Source: Caulobacteraceae bacterium (GTDB lineage Bacteria > Pseudomonadota > Alphaproteobacteria > Caulobacterales > Aquidulcibacteraceae). Taken from it: a stretch of DNA of 64,000 nucleotides. The stretch is from NCBI GenBank assembly GCA_009773335.1, contig WRPF01000009.1, positions 7,109 through 71,108 on the forward strand. Reading direction: 5' to 3'. A model generated the notes under the pieces. It saw nothing but the letters and a program-made list of their open reading frames with translations, did no database searches and was not told the origin of the DNA. How positions within the stretch are numbered: position 1 is the stretch's first letter; every line of letters begins with the position of its first letter. Positions 36,371 through 45,491 of the stretch are shown piece by piece. The position numbers and the translations under genes are program-made.

Positions 36371-37399
36371 ATGGGTTTGCGCATCGCCGTCGTCGGCGCC
36401 ACGGGCAATGTGGGCCGCGAGATGCTTTCGATTCTGGAAGAACGTCTGTTCCCCGCCGATGAAGTGGCGGCCGTCGCGTCGCGCAAATCGATCGGCGTCG
36501 AGGTGAGCTACGGCGACAAGACCCTGAAATGCAAAGACCTTGAGACCTTCGATTTCACCGGCTTCGACCTCTGCCTCATGTCGGCGGGCGGCGCGGTGTC
36601 GAAGGAATGGTCGCCGAAGATCGGCGCCATGGGCTGCACCGTCATCGACAATTCAAGCGCCTGGCGGATGGACCCGCGCGTGCCGCTCGTGGTGCCGGAA
36701 GTGAACCCGGACGCGGTGCTCGGCTACGACAAGCTCAACATCATCGCCAACCCGAACTGCTCGACCGCGCAACTCGTGGTCACGCTGAAGCCGCTGCATG
36801 ATCTCGCGAAGATCAAGCGCGTGGTCGTCGCGACCTATCAATCGGTCTCCGGCGCCGGCAAGGAGGCGATGGAAGAACTGTGGACGCAGACGCGCGCGAT
36901 CTTCGTCAACGATCCGATCGTGAAGGAGCGCTTCACCAAGCAGATCGCCTTCAACGTCATCCCGCACATCGATACGTTCATGGAGGACGGTTACACGAGG
37001 GAAGAGTGGAAGATGATGGCCGAGACGAAGAAGATCCTCGATCCGGCGATCAAGCTCACCGCGACATGCGTGCGCGTGCCGGTGTTCGTGGGCCACTCCG
37101 AGGCCGTGAACATCGAGTTTGAGAACCCGATCACGGCGGATGAAGCGCGTGATCTCCTGCGGGAATCGCCCGGCCTCATGGTCATCGACAAGCACGAGGA
37201 CGAGGGCTACATCACGCCCGTCGAATGTGCGGGCGATTTCGCGACGTTCGTCTCCCGCATCCGCGAGGATTCCACCGTCGAGAACGGCCTCTCGCTATGG
37301 TGCGTCAGTGACAATCTCCGCAAGGGCGCAGCGCTCAATGCGGTGCAGATCGCTGAACTCATGCTCAACCGCGGCATGTTCCGGAAACTGGCGGCTTAG
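36371..37399 (+). CDS. asd: aspartate-semialdehyde dehydrogenase
   Basis: 342 aa. IAVVGATGNVGREM, IANPNCSTAQLV (active-site Cys), VRVPVFVGHSEAV. Confidence 0.95.
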   Translation: MGLRIAVVGATGNVGREMLSILEERLFPADEVAAVASRKSIGVEVSYGDKTLKCKDLETFDFTGFDLCLMSAGGAVSKEWSPKIGAMGCTVIDNSSAWRMDPRVPLVVPEVNPDAVLGYDKLNIIANPNCSTAQLVVTLKPLHDLAKIKRVVVATYQSVSGAGKEAMEELWTQTRAIFVNDPIVKERFTKQIAFNVIPHIDTFMEDGYTREEWKMMAETKKILDPAIKLTATCVRVPVFVGHSEAVNIEFENPITADEARDLLRESPGLMVIDKHEDEGYITPVECAGDFATFVSRIREDSTVENGLSLWCVSDNLRKGAALNAVQIAELMLNRGMFRKLAA

Positions 37400-37413
37400 C
37401 GCTGGTTTTGAAG

Positions 37414-37439
37414 CTCCCCGCCCCGCGAGGGGGCGGGGA
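37414..37439. terminator. perfect 11-bp GC-rich hairpin with GCGA tetraloop between convergent genes
   Basis: Read directly: ctccccgcccc-gcga-ggggcggggag, 15 nt after the asd stop. Confidence 0.7.
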
Positions 37440-37466
37440 GAACGGCGTCGCGTTTTCCGCGCGCGC

Positions 37467-37844
37467 TCACATCGGCTTGGGCTGCCACAGCTCGATCTTC
37501 GTGCCTTCGGGATCGACGATGTGCGCGAAGCGGCCGTTCGGCTCGTCGGGGAGCACCTTCGCCTCGACACCGTGCTGCGCCGCGCGTGCGAGGATGCCGT
37601 CGAGATCGTCGACGGCGAGGTTGATCATGAACTCCTTCGTCGAGGGCTCGAAGTAGGTTGTGTCGGCTTTGAAAGCGCTGAACACGGTTGCTGCGCCCGG
37701 ATGCGCCGCCATGCCTTCGGGCAGGATCAGCGCGCCGCCCCAGTCCTTGAGGTCGAGGCCCAGCGCATCGCGGTACCACGCGTTGAGCGCCGCCGGATCG
37801 CGCGCCTTGAAGAAGATGCCGCCAACACCGAGAACGCGCGCCAT
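37467..37844 (-). CDS. VOC/glyoxalase-family protein
   Basis: Start at ATG 37844. 125 aa. MARVLGVGGIFFKARDP...RFAHIVDPEGTKIELWQP is a typical glyoxalase/bleomycin-resistance fold signature. Confidence 0.8.
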   Translation of the reverse strand: MARVLGVGGIFFKARDPAALNAWYRDALGLDLKDWGGALILPEGMAAHPGAATVFSAFKADTTYFEPSTKEFMINLAVDDLDGILARAAQHGVEAKVLPDEPNGRFAHIVDPEGTKIELWQPKPM

Positions 37845-37934
37845 GATGGGCCTTGATCGAATTGCCTCGCGTGAGCATGACAGACGAGCCGTTGTCATAC
37901 AAACGGTACTGTCCGCCGCCCGGGGTTCCATCGC

Positions 37935-38366
37935 ATGACCAGCATCGCCTTCGAGCACCCGACCGCCGCCGACATGGACGTCCTGCATCCGCTGCTGCGC
38001 GAAACGTACTGGTCGCCAGGCATTCCGCGTGAGGTCGTCGAGCGGGCGTGCGCCAATTCCGTATGTGTGATCGCACGCGACGATGCCGGCGCTTTCGTCG
38101 GCTTCGCCCGCGCCGTCACCGACATGACCGTCTTCGCGTGGGTGTGCGACGTGATCGTCACGCCTGGTCGGCGCGGGGCGGGGATCGGGCGTGCGCTCGT
38201 CGCGGCGCTTCAGGCGCACCCGGACCTGCAGGGACTGCGCCGATGGATGCTCGGCACCCGCGATGCACACGGTGTCTACGCGCCGCTCGGCTTCGGACCG
38301 GTTCGCGCGCCGGACCGGCTGATGGAAATCATTCGCCCCGCGCCCTACGGCGCCGCCACCTCCTGA
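37935..38366 (+). CDS. GNAT family N-acetyltransferase
   Basis: 143 aa. Acetyl-CoA motif A VIVTPGRRGAGIGRALVAAL. Confidence 0.8.
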   Translation: MTSIAFEHPTAADMDVLHPLLRETYWSPGIPREVVERACANSVCVIARDDAGAFVGFARAVTDMTVFAWVCDVIVTPGRRGAGIGRALVAALQAHPDLQGLRRWMLGTRDAHGVYAPLGFGPVRAPDRLMEIIRPAPYGAATS

Positions 38367-38414
38367 CGCCCCGAGGCGCCATTCGCCGGCCGGGCCGCGC
38401 AGTAACGTCGCGGG

Positions 38415-39272
38415 CTATCGTGTTGTCTCGTCGCGCGGCATGGCGCCGAGCGCGAACTGGTCTTCCTGGCGCTGGTAGACGCGCACCCAGTCGATTTCCA
38501 TCGTCCTGGGGAATGATCCGAAAAACCCCGCCGGGCCCGGCCATTTGCCGCCGATGACGTTGCTCAGCATCATGAAGAACGGTCGGTCGAACGGATATTG
38601 CGGCCGCGCCGGATCGGACGGCGGCAGGTCGCGCAGGGCGAAGTATTCCTGTCCGTCCACGAACCAGGCAAATCCGGTTTCCGTCCACTCGACGGCGAAG
38701 ACATGGAAGTCCTCGTGGTAGGGCAGCGCTGCGTCCACGGTGCCGCCGCGCTGGATGCGTTCGGCGCCCTTGAAGTGCAGCGTGCCGTAGATGCGGTTGG
38801 GCTGTCGGCCAAGCTGCTCGACGATGTCTATCTCGCCGCCGAGCGGCCAGGGCTCGCTCGTGGGATCGCGGTGCATCATCCAGAATGCGGCGTTGGCGCC
38901 GCGCCCGCTCGGAACCTTGATGCGCGCCTCGAAACGACCTTGCCGCCAGGCGGCGATGTGCTGCGTCTCCACCATCGCCGAGGTGTAGCGGCCGAGAGGC
39001 GCGCGCCGCGCGACGAGCTTCAGCACGCCGCCCTCCACCCGCAGGTGGCGACGCGAATCCGAGAAATCCGTGTCCCCGAGCGGGTGATATTCCGGTGTCG
39101 TGCGCGCGCGCCATTTCGTGGCGTCCAGCGCCGTGCCGTCGAACTCGTCGTTCCAGACAAGGCGCCACTCGGGACCGGGGCCGGCATCGGCGCCGTTTTC
39201 CGTCGCGTGCGCCGCACCCCAGCCGAGAAGCAGCGTCGCCGCCGCAAGCGATGCGATGTGTGAAAAGCGCAT
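38415..39272 (-). CDS. secreted glycoside hydrolase family 16 (beta-glucanase-like)
   Basis: Start at ATG 39272 (GGGGAA SD). Signal peptide MRFSHIASLAAATLLLGWGAAHA. WNDEFDG and catalytic GGEIDIVE (ExDxxE). Confidence 0.85.
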   Translation of the reverse strand: MRFSHIASLAAATLLLGWGAAHATENGADAGPGPEWRLVWNDEFDGTALDATKWRARTTPEYHPLGDTDFSDSRRHLRVEGGVLKLVARRAPLGRYTSAMVETQHIAAWRQGRFEARIKVPSGRGANAAFWMMHRDPTSEPWPLGGEIDIVEQLGRQPNRIYGTLHFKGAERIQRGGTVDAALPYHEDFHVFAVEWTETGFAWFVDGQEYFALRDLPPSDPARPQYPFDRPFFMMLSNVIGGKWPGPAGFFGSFPRTMEIDWVRVYQRQEDQFALGAMPRDETTR

Positions 39273-39338
39273 GTCGATCGTTCCCCGGACGCATGTTTCG
39301 TGACGTCGCATCCGGTAGCATTCAATGCGCGGGCGCGT

Positions 39339-40667
39339 TCAGAGTCCAGATCGCGGACCCGTCTCCTTGACCCCTTGTTGCGCGATGGTGGCGCTGTCGT
39401 CCCCAACGGGGGGAACATGGTTCGGGTTGATCGCGTAGACGCGCACCCAGTCGACCTGCGCGACGACGGGGAAGGTCGTCGACCGTTTTGGCGACAGCGC
39501 CCAGTCGCCGCCCACGCACAGGCTGAGGATCAGGAAGAAGTCGCGGTCGAAGGGATGATCGGCCTTCGGCGGATAGGCGAGAGTCAGCTCTCCGTCGATG
39601 AACCAGAAAAATCCCTGCGGCGTCCACTCAAACGCGACGTCATGGAACGCGTCGCCGAAGGGCTCGTCGAACACCGTATGAACGTGGTGGCGTTCGCGAT
39701 CGACGCCCTTGTAGTGGATCACGCTTTCGACGGCGTTCGGGTCGCGGCCGAGCTGTTCGATGATGTCGAGTTCGCCGCCGAGCGGCCAGCGCTCCAGCGT
39801 CGGGTCCTTGTGCATCATCCAGAAGCTCGTGAGCGTGCCGGCGCCCTGCGCGACCTTGATGCGGGCTTCAAACCGGCCATAGCGCCATGAGGCGAGGCCT
39901 TGTGTCTCCAGTCGCGCGCCGGAAAATCCGCCGGTGGGGAGCGGCGCCGCGCGCATCTCGAGGACGCCGTTGGCGACGCGGATGGTGTCGGGGCTGTCCT
40001 GGAAATAGGAGTCGCCGAAGCGTGGTCCGTCCGGTGGCGTGACGACGACGTTCCAGCGGCGGCGGTCGAGCGCGGAGCCGTCGAACTCGTCGTTCCAGGC
40101 CAGGATCCACGCGCCTTGCGGCTTGACCGCTTCGAGCACGGGCGGGGTTGGCGCGGTGGCGTCCGTCGCCAGCGCGAGGAGTGCGAACGCCCCGATCGCG
40201 CCGCGGATGGCGAGGCGGTGCGGCGCGTTCCAGACTTCGCTGAGTGTGAGCGCGGAGACGCGTTCGACCCAGGCGCCTGCGACGGCGTAACCGGCGCCCA
40301 CGTCCTGCCGGAGAATGTCGAGGCACTGCCCAAGATAGCGCGCGGCCGGGGTGAGGCGCGCGACGAGGCGCGCAAGGCGCGGACGGAGGGCGTCGTCGCC
40401 GATCCGCAACGCCGCAAGGGCCACAAGGAGCGCCTGCGCGGCGCGCGCATCGAACCGGAGGGCGTCGAGGCGATGGCCAAGAGAGCGCGCGGCCATCGCG
40501 AGGCGTGCGATGAGGCGCATGAGCGGCGGCCGAAGGGCGTCGGCGCCGCGCCGCAACGCGGCTAACGCCATCAAGAGCGCTCGCGCCGCGATTCTGGCCG
40601 CGCGCCGTTCCTCCCGGAGGCAAGCCTCCAGAATGCGCTCGATCAGGATGCGCGCCCACGGCGGCAT
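39339..40667 (-). CDS. membrane-anchored glycoside hydrolase family 16 with duplicated N-terminal helical module
   Basis: 442 aa. There is no signal peptide. About 150 Arg/Ala/Leu-rich residues contain a 49-aa tandem repeat, followed by a TM segment (AIGAFALLALA). The GH16 domain has WNDEFDG and GGELDIIE. Confidence 0.8.
   Translation of the reverse strand: MPPWARILIERILEACLREERRAARIAARALLMALAALRRGADALRPPLMRLIARLAMAARSLGHRLDALRFDARAAQALLVALAALRIGDDALRPRLARLVARLTPAARYLGQCLDILRQDVGAGYAVAGAWVERVSALTLSEVWNAPHRLAIRGAIGAFALLALATDATAPTPPVLEAVKPQGAWILAWNDEFDGSALDRRRWNVVVTPPDGPRFGDSYFQDSPDTIRVANGVLEMRAAPLPTGGFSGARLETQGLASWRYGRFEARIKVAQGAGTLTSFWMMHKDPTLERWPLGGELDIIEQLGRDPNAVESVIHYKGVDRERHHVHTVFDEPFGDAFHDVAFEWTPQGFFWFIDGELTLAYPPKADHPFDRDFFLILSLCVGGDWALSPKRSTTFPVVAQVDWVRVYAINPNHVPPVGDDSATIAQQGVKETGPRSGL
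40293..40586 (-). repeat. 2 x 147-nt in-frame tandem duplication inside the GH16 gene
   Basis: Protein residues 28-76 (ARALLMALAALRRGADALRPPLMRLIARLAMAARSLGHRLDALRFDARA) and residues 77-125 (AQALLVALAALRIGDDALRPRLARLVARLTPAARYLGQCLDILRQDVGA). 33 of 49 are identical by hand alignment. Confidence 0.8.
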
Positions 40668-40780
40668 GGCGTCTTCCCTGTGCTGGCGGACAAGCCGCCT
40701 CGTTCGGGGACACGTTCCAATCCCGAACAGGTCTGGACGCCTGTTGCAAGCATTGAACCCCGATCACTCGCCCCCGGGGC

Positions 40781-40873
40781 GAACCTGCGGGCCTTTTCAC
40801 CATTAACGTCGCGCGGTAGCGTGGCTTTGCGCGGCATGCGTGTCGGCCGGGGGACCGTAGGAACCTGCGGGCC
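40781..40873. repeat. 13-bp perfect direct repeat GAACCTGCGGGCC, two copies exactly 80 nt apart, intergenic
   Basis: Read directly at 40781-40793 and 40861-40873. Both copies are preceded by a CCGGGG-containing stretch. Confidence 0.6.
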
Positions 40874-41027
40874 GCGTCTGCCCCGCGCTCTGGCTGCAAC
40901 CCAGGGTTTGTCCCAACCAACGCCTCCCGGCGTCCGGCGCGCAAGCGCATCCTCGGCTTCGCCCTGCGGACGCACAGTCCCCGCGATGTCGATGCGGGCG
41001 CCGGGCGGTATTACTTCCAGGCGCTGC

Positions 41028-41837
41028 ATGAAAGAGTTCGCAGACACCGTCCTCTCGATCATTGTGCTGATCGGCGCGGCGACCGTCCTCTGGATGGTTC
41101 TCGGCGGCGGCCTGAAGGCGATGCGCGATGGCGTCGTCACCGTCTACGATTACGAAGCGGGCCTGAAGTTCGTGCGCGGCAAGCTCGTGGAGGCGCTGCC
41201 GCCCGGCCGTTACCAGACCTGGGCGCGCGACACGGTCATCGAGCGCGTGGACCTGCGCGAACAGTCTTTGACCATATCCGGCCAGGAGATGCTGTCGCAG
41301 GACAACCTGCCCGTGCGCGTCACCGTCATCGTCCGCTGGAAGATCACCGATCCGCTGCTCTACAAGCGCGCCGCCACGAACGTGAGCATGCGCCTCTACG
41401 AGGCCGCCCAGGTGCTGCTGCGCAAGCGTGTCGGCGCGCTGATGCTCGATGCGCTGCTGGCCGATCGCGGCAAGATCGACGAGGGCGCCATCGCCGCGTT
41501 GCAGGCCGAAGCGACGCGCGCCGGCATCGCCATCGCCGGCTTTGACCTGCGCGACCTTACGCTCGTGGGCGCCGCCAAGCAGGCCTTCTCCGACCTCTGG
41601 CGCGCGCAGAAGGAGGGCCTTGCGGCGCTCGAACGCGCGCGCGGCGAGCAGGCGGCGCTGCGCTCGCTCGCCAACGCCGCGCGGATGCTGAAAGGCAATC
41701 CGGAGCTGATGAACTTGCGCGTGCTGCAGGCGCTGCAGGGGCAGGCGGGCAAGACGCCGCCCACTGTCATCCTCGGCGGCGCGCCGGGGCTTGTGCCGGT
41801 GTCGAGGGATCCGGCGCCGGATTCGGATCCCGCATGA
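41028..41837 (+). CDS. SPFH/band-7 domain membrane protein
   Basis: Start at ATG 41028 (N-terminal TM VLSIIVLIGAATVLWMVLGG). QEMLSQDNLPVRVTVIVRWKI is typical of SPFH. The stop overlaps the rarD start (ATGA). Confidence 0.85.
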   Translation: MKEFADTVLSIIVLIGAATVLWMVLGGGLKAMRDGVVTVYDYEAGLKFVRGKLVEALPPGRYQTWARDTVIERVDLREQSLTISGQEMLSQDNLPVRVTVIVRWKITDPLLYKRAATNVSMRLYEAAQVLLRKRVGALMLDALLADRGKIDEGAIAALQAEATRAGIAIAGFDLRDLTLVGAAKQAFSDLWRAQKEGLAALERARGEQAALRSLANAARMLKGNPELMNLRVLQALQGQAGKTPPTVILGGAPGLVPVSRDPAPDSDPA

Positions 41838-42736
41838 ACCAGCCATCGCCGGACGTCCGCGCCGGCTTCATCGCGGCCGCGTCAGCCTATGGCGTGTGGG
41901 GCGTGCTGCCGCTCTATCTGAAACTGGTGGGTTTTGCGGGCCCGTGGGAAGTGCTGTGCGCGCGCATCCTGTGGAGCGTGCCGGCCGCGACGCTGGCGGT
42001 GCTGTTCATGGGCGGGTTCGCGGAAACGCGCGTCGCGCTCAAGCAACCCGGCGTGCTGGGTGCGCTCTTCCTCTCGTCGGTGTTCATCGCGGTCAACTGG
42101 GCGATCTATGTCTGGGCGGTCGCCAACCACCACGTCATCGAGGCCAGTCTCGCGTATTTCCTGACGCCGCTGGTCAACGTCGCGTTCGGCGTGACGCTGT
42201 TCAAGGAGCGCCTCACCGGCGCGCAGGCCGGGGCGCTCGCGCTCGCTGCGGTCGGCATCGCCGTGCAGGCCTATGCGCTCGGCGCCTTTCCGTGGGTGTC
42301 GATTGCTCTGTGCGCCACATGGTCGTGTTACGGACTCGTGCGCAAGCAGGCGCCTGTGCCGGCGGCGGGCGGCCTGCTGGCGGAAACGATGATCCTCGCG
42401 ATCCCGGCCGCGCTAGGCCTGTGGTGGCTGTCGACCACGGCGAAGGGCCTCACGTTCGACGATTCCGTATCGAATGCGCTGCTGCTCGCGGCTTCGGGCC
42501 TCGCCACGGCCGTGCCGCTGATCCTGTTTTCCTTCGGGGCGCGGCGGCTGAAGTTCTCTACGCTCGGCATGCTGCAGTTCATGGCGCCGAGCATCCAGTT
42601 CTTCATCGGCTGGGCCTATGGCGAGCCGCTCACCGCGTTGCGCATCGCCAGCTTCGTGCTGATCTGGATCGGGCTCGCGCTCTTCACCGCCGACGCCATG
42701 TGGCGCGAACGTCAGCGCGTGGCGCTGTCGAGCTGA
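41834..42736 (+). CDS. rarD: EamA-family transporter RarD
   Basis: 300 aa. [14 protein letters not shown] and [13 protein letters not shown] are RarD hallmarks. 10 TM segments. Confidence 0.85.
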   Translation: MNQPSPDVRAGFIAAASAYGVWGVLPLYLKLVGFAGPWEVLCARILWSVPAATLAVLFMGGFAETRVALKQPGVLGALFLSSVFIAVNWAIYVWAVANHHVIEASLAYFLTPLVNVAFGVTLFKERLTGAQAGALALAAVGIAVQAYALGAFPWVSIALCATWSCYGLVRKQAPVPAAGGLLAETMILAIPAALGLWWLSTTAKGLTFDDSVSNALLLAASGLATAVPLILFSFGARRLKFSTLGMLQFMAPSIQFFIGWAYGEPLTALRIASFVLIWIGLALFTADAMWRERQRVALSS

Positions 42737-43830
42737 GCATCGAACACGCCCGTCTCCGCGCAGGCGTCGAGCCGCGCGGTCCACGGCGCGAGATCGAGAC
42801 CCTGGCGCGCGATCCAGGCGTCATCGAAGATGGTGTCGGCGTAGCGTTCGCCCGGATCGCACAGCAGCGACACGATCGAGCCCGTCTCGCCCGCCGCACG
42901 CATCTCGCCTGCAAGCTTCAGCACGCCGATCAGGTTCGTGCCCGTCGAAGGCCCGACCTTGCGGCCCAGATGTCGCGACAGCCATCGCGTCGCCGCGATC
43001 GAGGCCGCATCCGGCACGCGCAGCATGCGATCGACGACGCCGGCGAGAAACGACGGCTCCACGCGCGGACGCCCGATGCCTTCGATGCGCCCCGGCGCCA
43101 GGCAGCCGGGGACGGCGCCTGTCGCGTAGTGGTCGAAGAAAGCCGAGTTCTCGGGATCGACCACGCACAGGCGCGTGCGCTGGGCGTAGCAGGGATTGTA
43201 GCGGATGAACCGCCCGATGGTCGCCGAGGTGCCGCCGGTGCCGGCGCCGACGACGATCCAGCGCGGCGTCGCATGCGGTTCGCGCTTCATCTGCGCGAAG
43301 ATGCTTTCGGCGATGTTGTTGTTGCCGCGCCAGTCCGTCGCGCGCTCGGCGTGGGTGAACTGGTCGAGATAGTGGCCGCCGAGGCTGTCGGCGAGCGCCT
43401 GTGCTTCGGCGTAGATGCGCGATGCGTCGTCGACGAGATGGACACGGCCGCCGAGAAACCCGATCTCCTCGAGCTTCTTCGCAGCCGTCGTCTTCGGCGC
43501 CACGGCGATGAAGGGCAGGCCGAGCAGCCGCGCGAAATAGGCCTCCGAGATCGCCGTCGACCCCGACGACGCCTCGATCACCGGCGCGCCTTCGCGCACC
43601 CAGCCCGAGCAGATGCCGTAAAGCATGAGCGAGCGCGCAAGCCGGTGCTTCAGGCTGCCGGAGGGATGGGTCGATTCGTCCTTGAGATAGATGTCCGCGC
43701 CCCCGGAAGCACCGCCGTGCGACGGCAGGTCGAGGCGCAGGAGGTGGGTGTCGGCCGAGCGGTTGAAATCGGCCTCGATCTTGCCTATTGCGGCGCAGAT
43801 CCAGTTTCTGTCCGGCGTCCCTGACAACAT
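42712..43830 (-). CDS. PLP-dependent cysteine-synthase-family enzyme
   Basis: 372 aa. [16 protein letters not shown] (PLP lysine). [15 protein letters not shown] glycine loop. Confidence 0.85.
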   Translation of the reverse strand: MLSGTPDRNWICAAIGKIEADFNRSADTHLLRLDLPSHGGASGGADIYLKDESTHPSGSLKHRLARSLMLYGICSGWVREGAPVIEASSGSTAISEAYFARLLGLPFIAVAPKTTAAKKLEEIGFLGGRVHLVDDASRIYAEAQALADSLGGHYLDQFTHAERATDWRGNNNIAESIFAQMKREPHATPRWIVVGAGTGGTSATIGRFIRYNPCYAQRTRLCVVDPENSAFFDHYATGAVPGCLAPGRIEGIGRPRVEPSFLAGVVDRMLRVPDAASIAATRWLSRHLGRKVGPSTGTNLIGVLKLAGEMRAAGETGSIVSLLCDPGERYADTIFDDAWIARQGLDLAPWTARLDACAETGVFDAQLDSATR

Positions 43831-43871
43831 GGCGTCTTCCTTGTGCGACCGGGCAGGCGCAGGGTGAATCG

Positions 43872-44615
43872 ATGACCGCAGAAACCATCTACTACGCGAT
43901 CGGCGACGTCCACGGCATGGCGAAAAGCCTGGAGGCGCTGCACGCCCTCGTTCTCGCCGATCATGAGCGGCGCGGCGGCAAGGCGGCGGTCATCCATCTC
44001 GGCGACTACGTGGATCGCGGACCCGACAGCCGCGGCGTCATCGATCTCGTGATGAAGCTGGAGAAGAAGGCGGAAGGATCGCGGACGCTCTCGGTGCATT
44101 CGCTGCTGGGAAATCACGAGCAGATGATGCTCGACGCCTGGGACGGCGGCCCCGGCACGGCGGAAGAACACTGGCTGATGAATGGCGGTTCGGACGCGCT
44201 GAAAAGCTATACGCGCGGCCGCGACGTGGACAAGCGCGCCCAGAACAGCAAGGAGTGGCGCGCCGCCGTTGATCCCGCCCACATCGACTGGCTGCGCGAG
44301 CTGCCGACGATGCTCGTCGACGAGACGCGCAAGCTCGTGTTCGTGCACGCGGGCATCGATCCCAACACCTACCCCGACTGCAAGGACGAGATCCGCATCT
44401 GGACGCGCAGCCCGCGCTTCTTCGATCCCGACCGCTGGCCCGACCGGCCCGAGCTCGACGGCATCCGCGTCATCCACGGCCACACGCCCACCACCGATCT
44501 CGCGCCCGACGTGGGCGAGCGGCGCATCAATGTCGACACCGGCGCGGTCTACGGCGGCGCGCTGACGTGCGTGGTGCTCGCGCCCGGCGAGAAGGCGGAC
44601 TTTCTGGCGGTGTGA
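43872..44615 (+). CDS. serine/threonine-phosphatase-like metallophosphoesterase (canonical motifs)
   Basis: Start at ATG 43872. GDVHG, GDYVDRG, GNHE, VHAG and HGHTP are all present. Confidence 0.85.
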   Translation: MTAETIYYAIGDVHGMAKSLEALHALVLADHERRGGKAAVIHLGDYVDRGPDSRGVIDLVMKLEKKAEGSRTLSVHSLLGNHEQMMLDAWDGGPGTAEEHWLMNGGSDALKSYTRGRDVDKRAQNSKEWRAAVDPAHIDWLRELPTMLVDETRKLVFVHAGIDPNTYPDCKDEIRIWTRSPRFFDPDRWPDRPELDGIRVIHGHTPTTDLAPDVGERRINVDTGAVYGGALTCVVLAPGEKADFLAV

Positions 44616-44621
44616 CGGCTG

Positions 44622-44649
44622 TTTCCCTCCCGCAAGCGGGCGAGGGAGA
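44622..44649 (+). terminator. imperfect GC-rich hairpin after the phosphoesterase gene
   Basis: ttccctcccg-caag-cggg(cg)agggagaa, with a 2-nt bulge. Starts 7 nt after the stop. No T tract. Confidence 0.35.
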
Positions 44650-44812
44650 AATAGGGGGACAGATTGCGCGCGTTCCCCCACCTTTCGCCGCCCCAGCCCA
44701 TGCGCGCCAACAAACGCATGTGAATCTATCCGACCGGGGTCCGGGCCGTGAGATCATCGCTCTGTTTTCAACAGACCCCAATGGGTCAGAAACGGAGCCG
44801 CGGACCAGTCCC

Positions 44813-45319
44813 ATGCAGATCTTCACCCCCGTCACCCGCACCGATCTTCAAGCGCACGCCCAGAGCCTCAAACTCTGGCTGCTGGAGATCGCCGTGTGGC
44901 TGGTGGAGGCGATCGGGTTTCGTGAAGGGCGCATTGCGCTGAACAGGCATCGCATCGAAGCGCGACGTGAACTCCGCGAACTCATCTTCCTGATGATGTG
45001 CGCGCGGATGAGATTCCGCAAAACGGAAAAGCGGCGACGCTGGATGCGCCCGCCGTCGGTTCCATATGGATTCCGCTACGCGCAACGACGCATCGACATG
45101 GTGCGACTCTACACGCGCGGAATCGCGCTGAAGACGTTTGCTGAGATGCGAACAGCGCTGGATGATCTCGATGCCGTAGTGAAACGCGCCATCGCGCGCG
45201 TGCCGAGGAGCATCTCCACGGGACGCCTCGCCATCACCCGGAGCGTCGGCGCCCCCGCCGACGTAGGGTGTCTACAGGGTTACGCCGACGAGGGCGTCGG
45301 CGCTCCGGACACGTCATGA
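44813..45319 (+). CDS. hypothetical protein
   Basis: Start at internal ATG 44813 (MQIFTPVTRTD...). 168 aa, Arg-rich, no motif recognised. Coding-like third-position bias, with somewhat more A/T-ending codons than the neighbours. Confidence 0.45.
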   Translation: MQIFTPVTRTDLQAHAQSLKLWLLEIAVWLVEAIGFREGRIALNRHRIEARRELRELIFLMMCARMRFRKTEKRRRWMRPPSVPYGFRYAQRRIDMVRLYTRGIALKTFAEMRTALDDLDAVVKRAIARVPRSISTGRLAITRSVGAPADVGCLQGYADEGVGAPDTS

Positions 45320-45491
45320 TCTCCGCGAGTAGGACCGCGGGCCTCTGGTCCGCCCGGTGTTCAGATCACGCAAGATTTCCCGGAGTCTGGCGCCGCGCGC
45401 CCATGCGCGTCGCCCGGGCCACGATCTTCAAGGTAAATTGACCATGTTGGACGCCCGGAACGAACTGATATTGCACCGTTCTTTAATTCCA

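Noticed and set aside
40680-41027. The N-terminal 116-codon extension of the SPFH ORF (track ORF starts at 40680).
   Set aside because: The extension is Arg/Pro/Gly-rich and non-hydrophobic, and it covers the intergenic repeats. The ATG at 41028 starts directly with the expected N-terminal TM helix of SPFH proteins.
41791-43824. A 677-aa + strand ORF, and similar long ORFs at 6242-7999(-), 21201-22742(+), 14658-16040(+), 15490-16818(-), 8743-9831(-), 45483-47129(-) and 57443-59275(-).
   Set aside because: All are alternative-frame or antisense shadows of genes with strong family motifs (rarD, the PLP enzyme, SDR, glycosyltransferases, Wzy, rfbF, histidine kinase, sdhA). Their compositions are Arg/Gly/Ala/Pro-dominated, as expected for out-of-frame translation of high-GC DNA.
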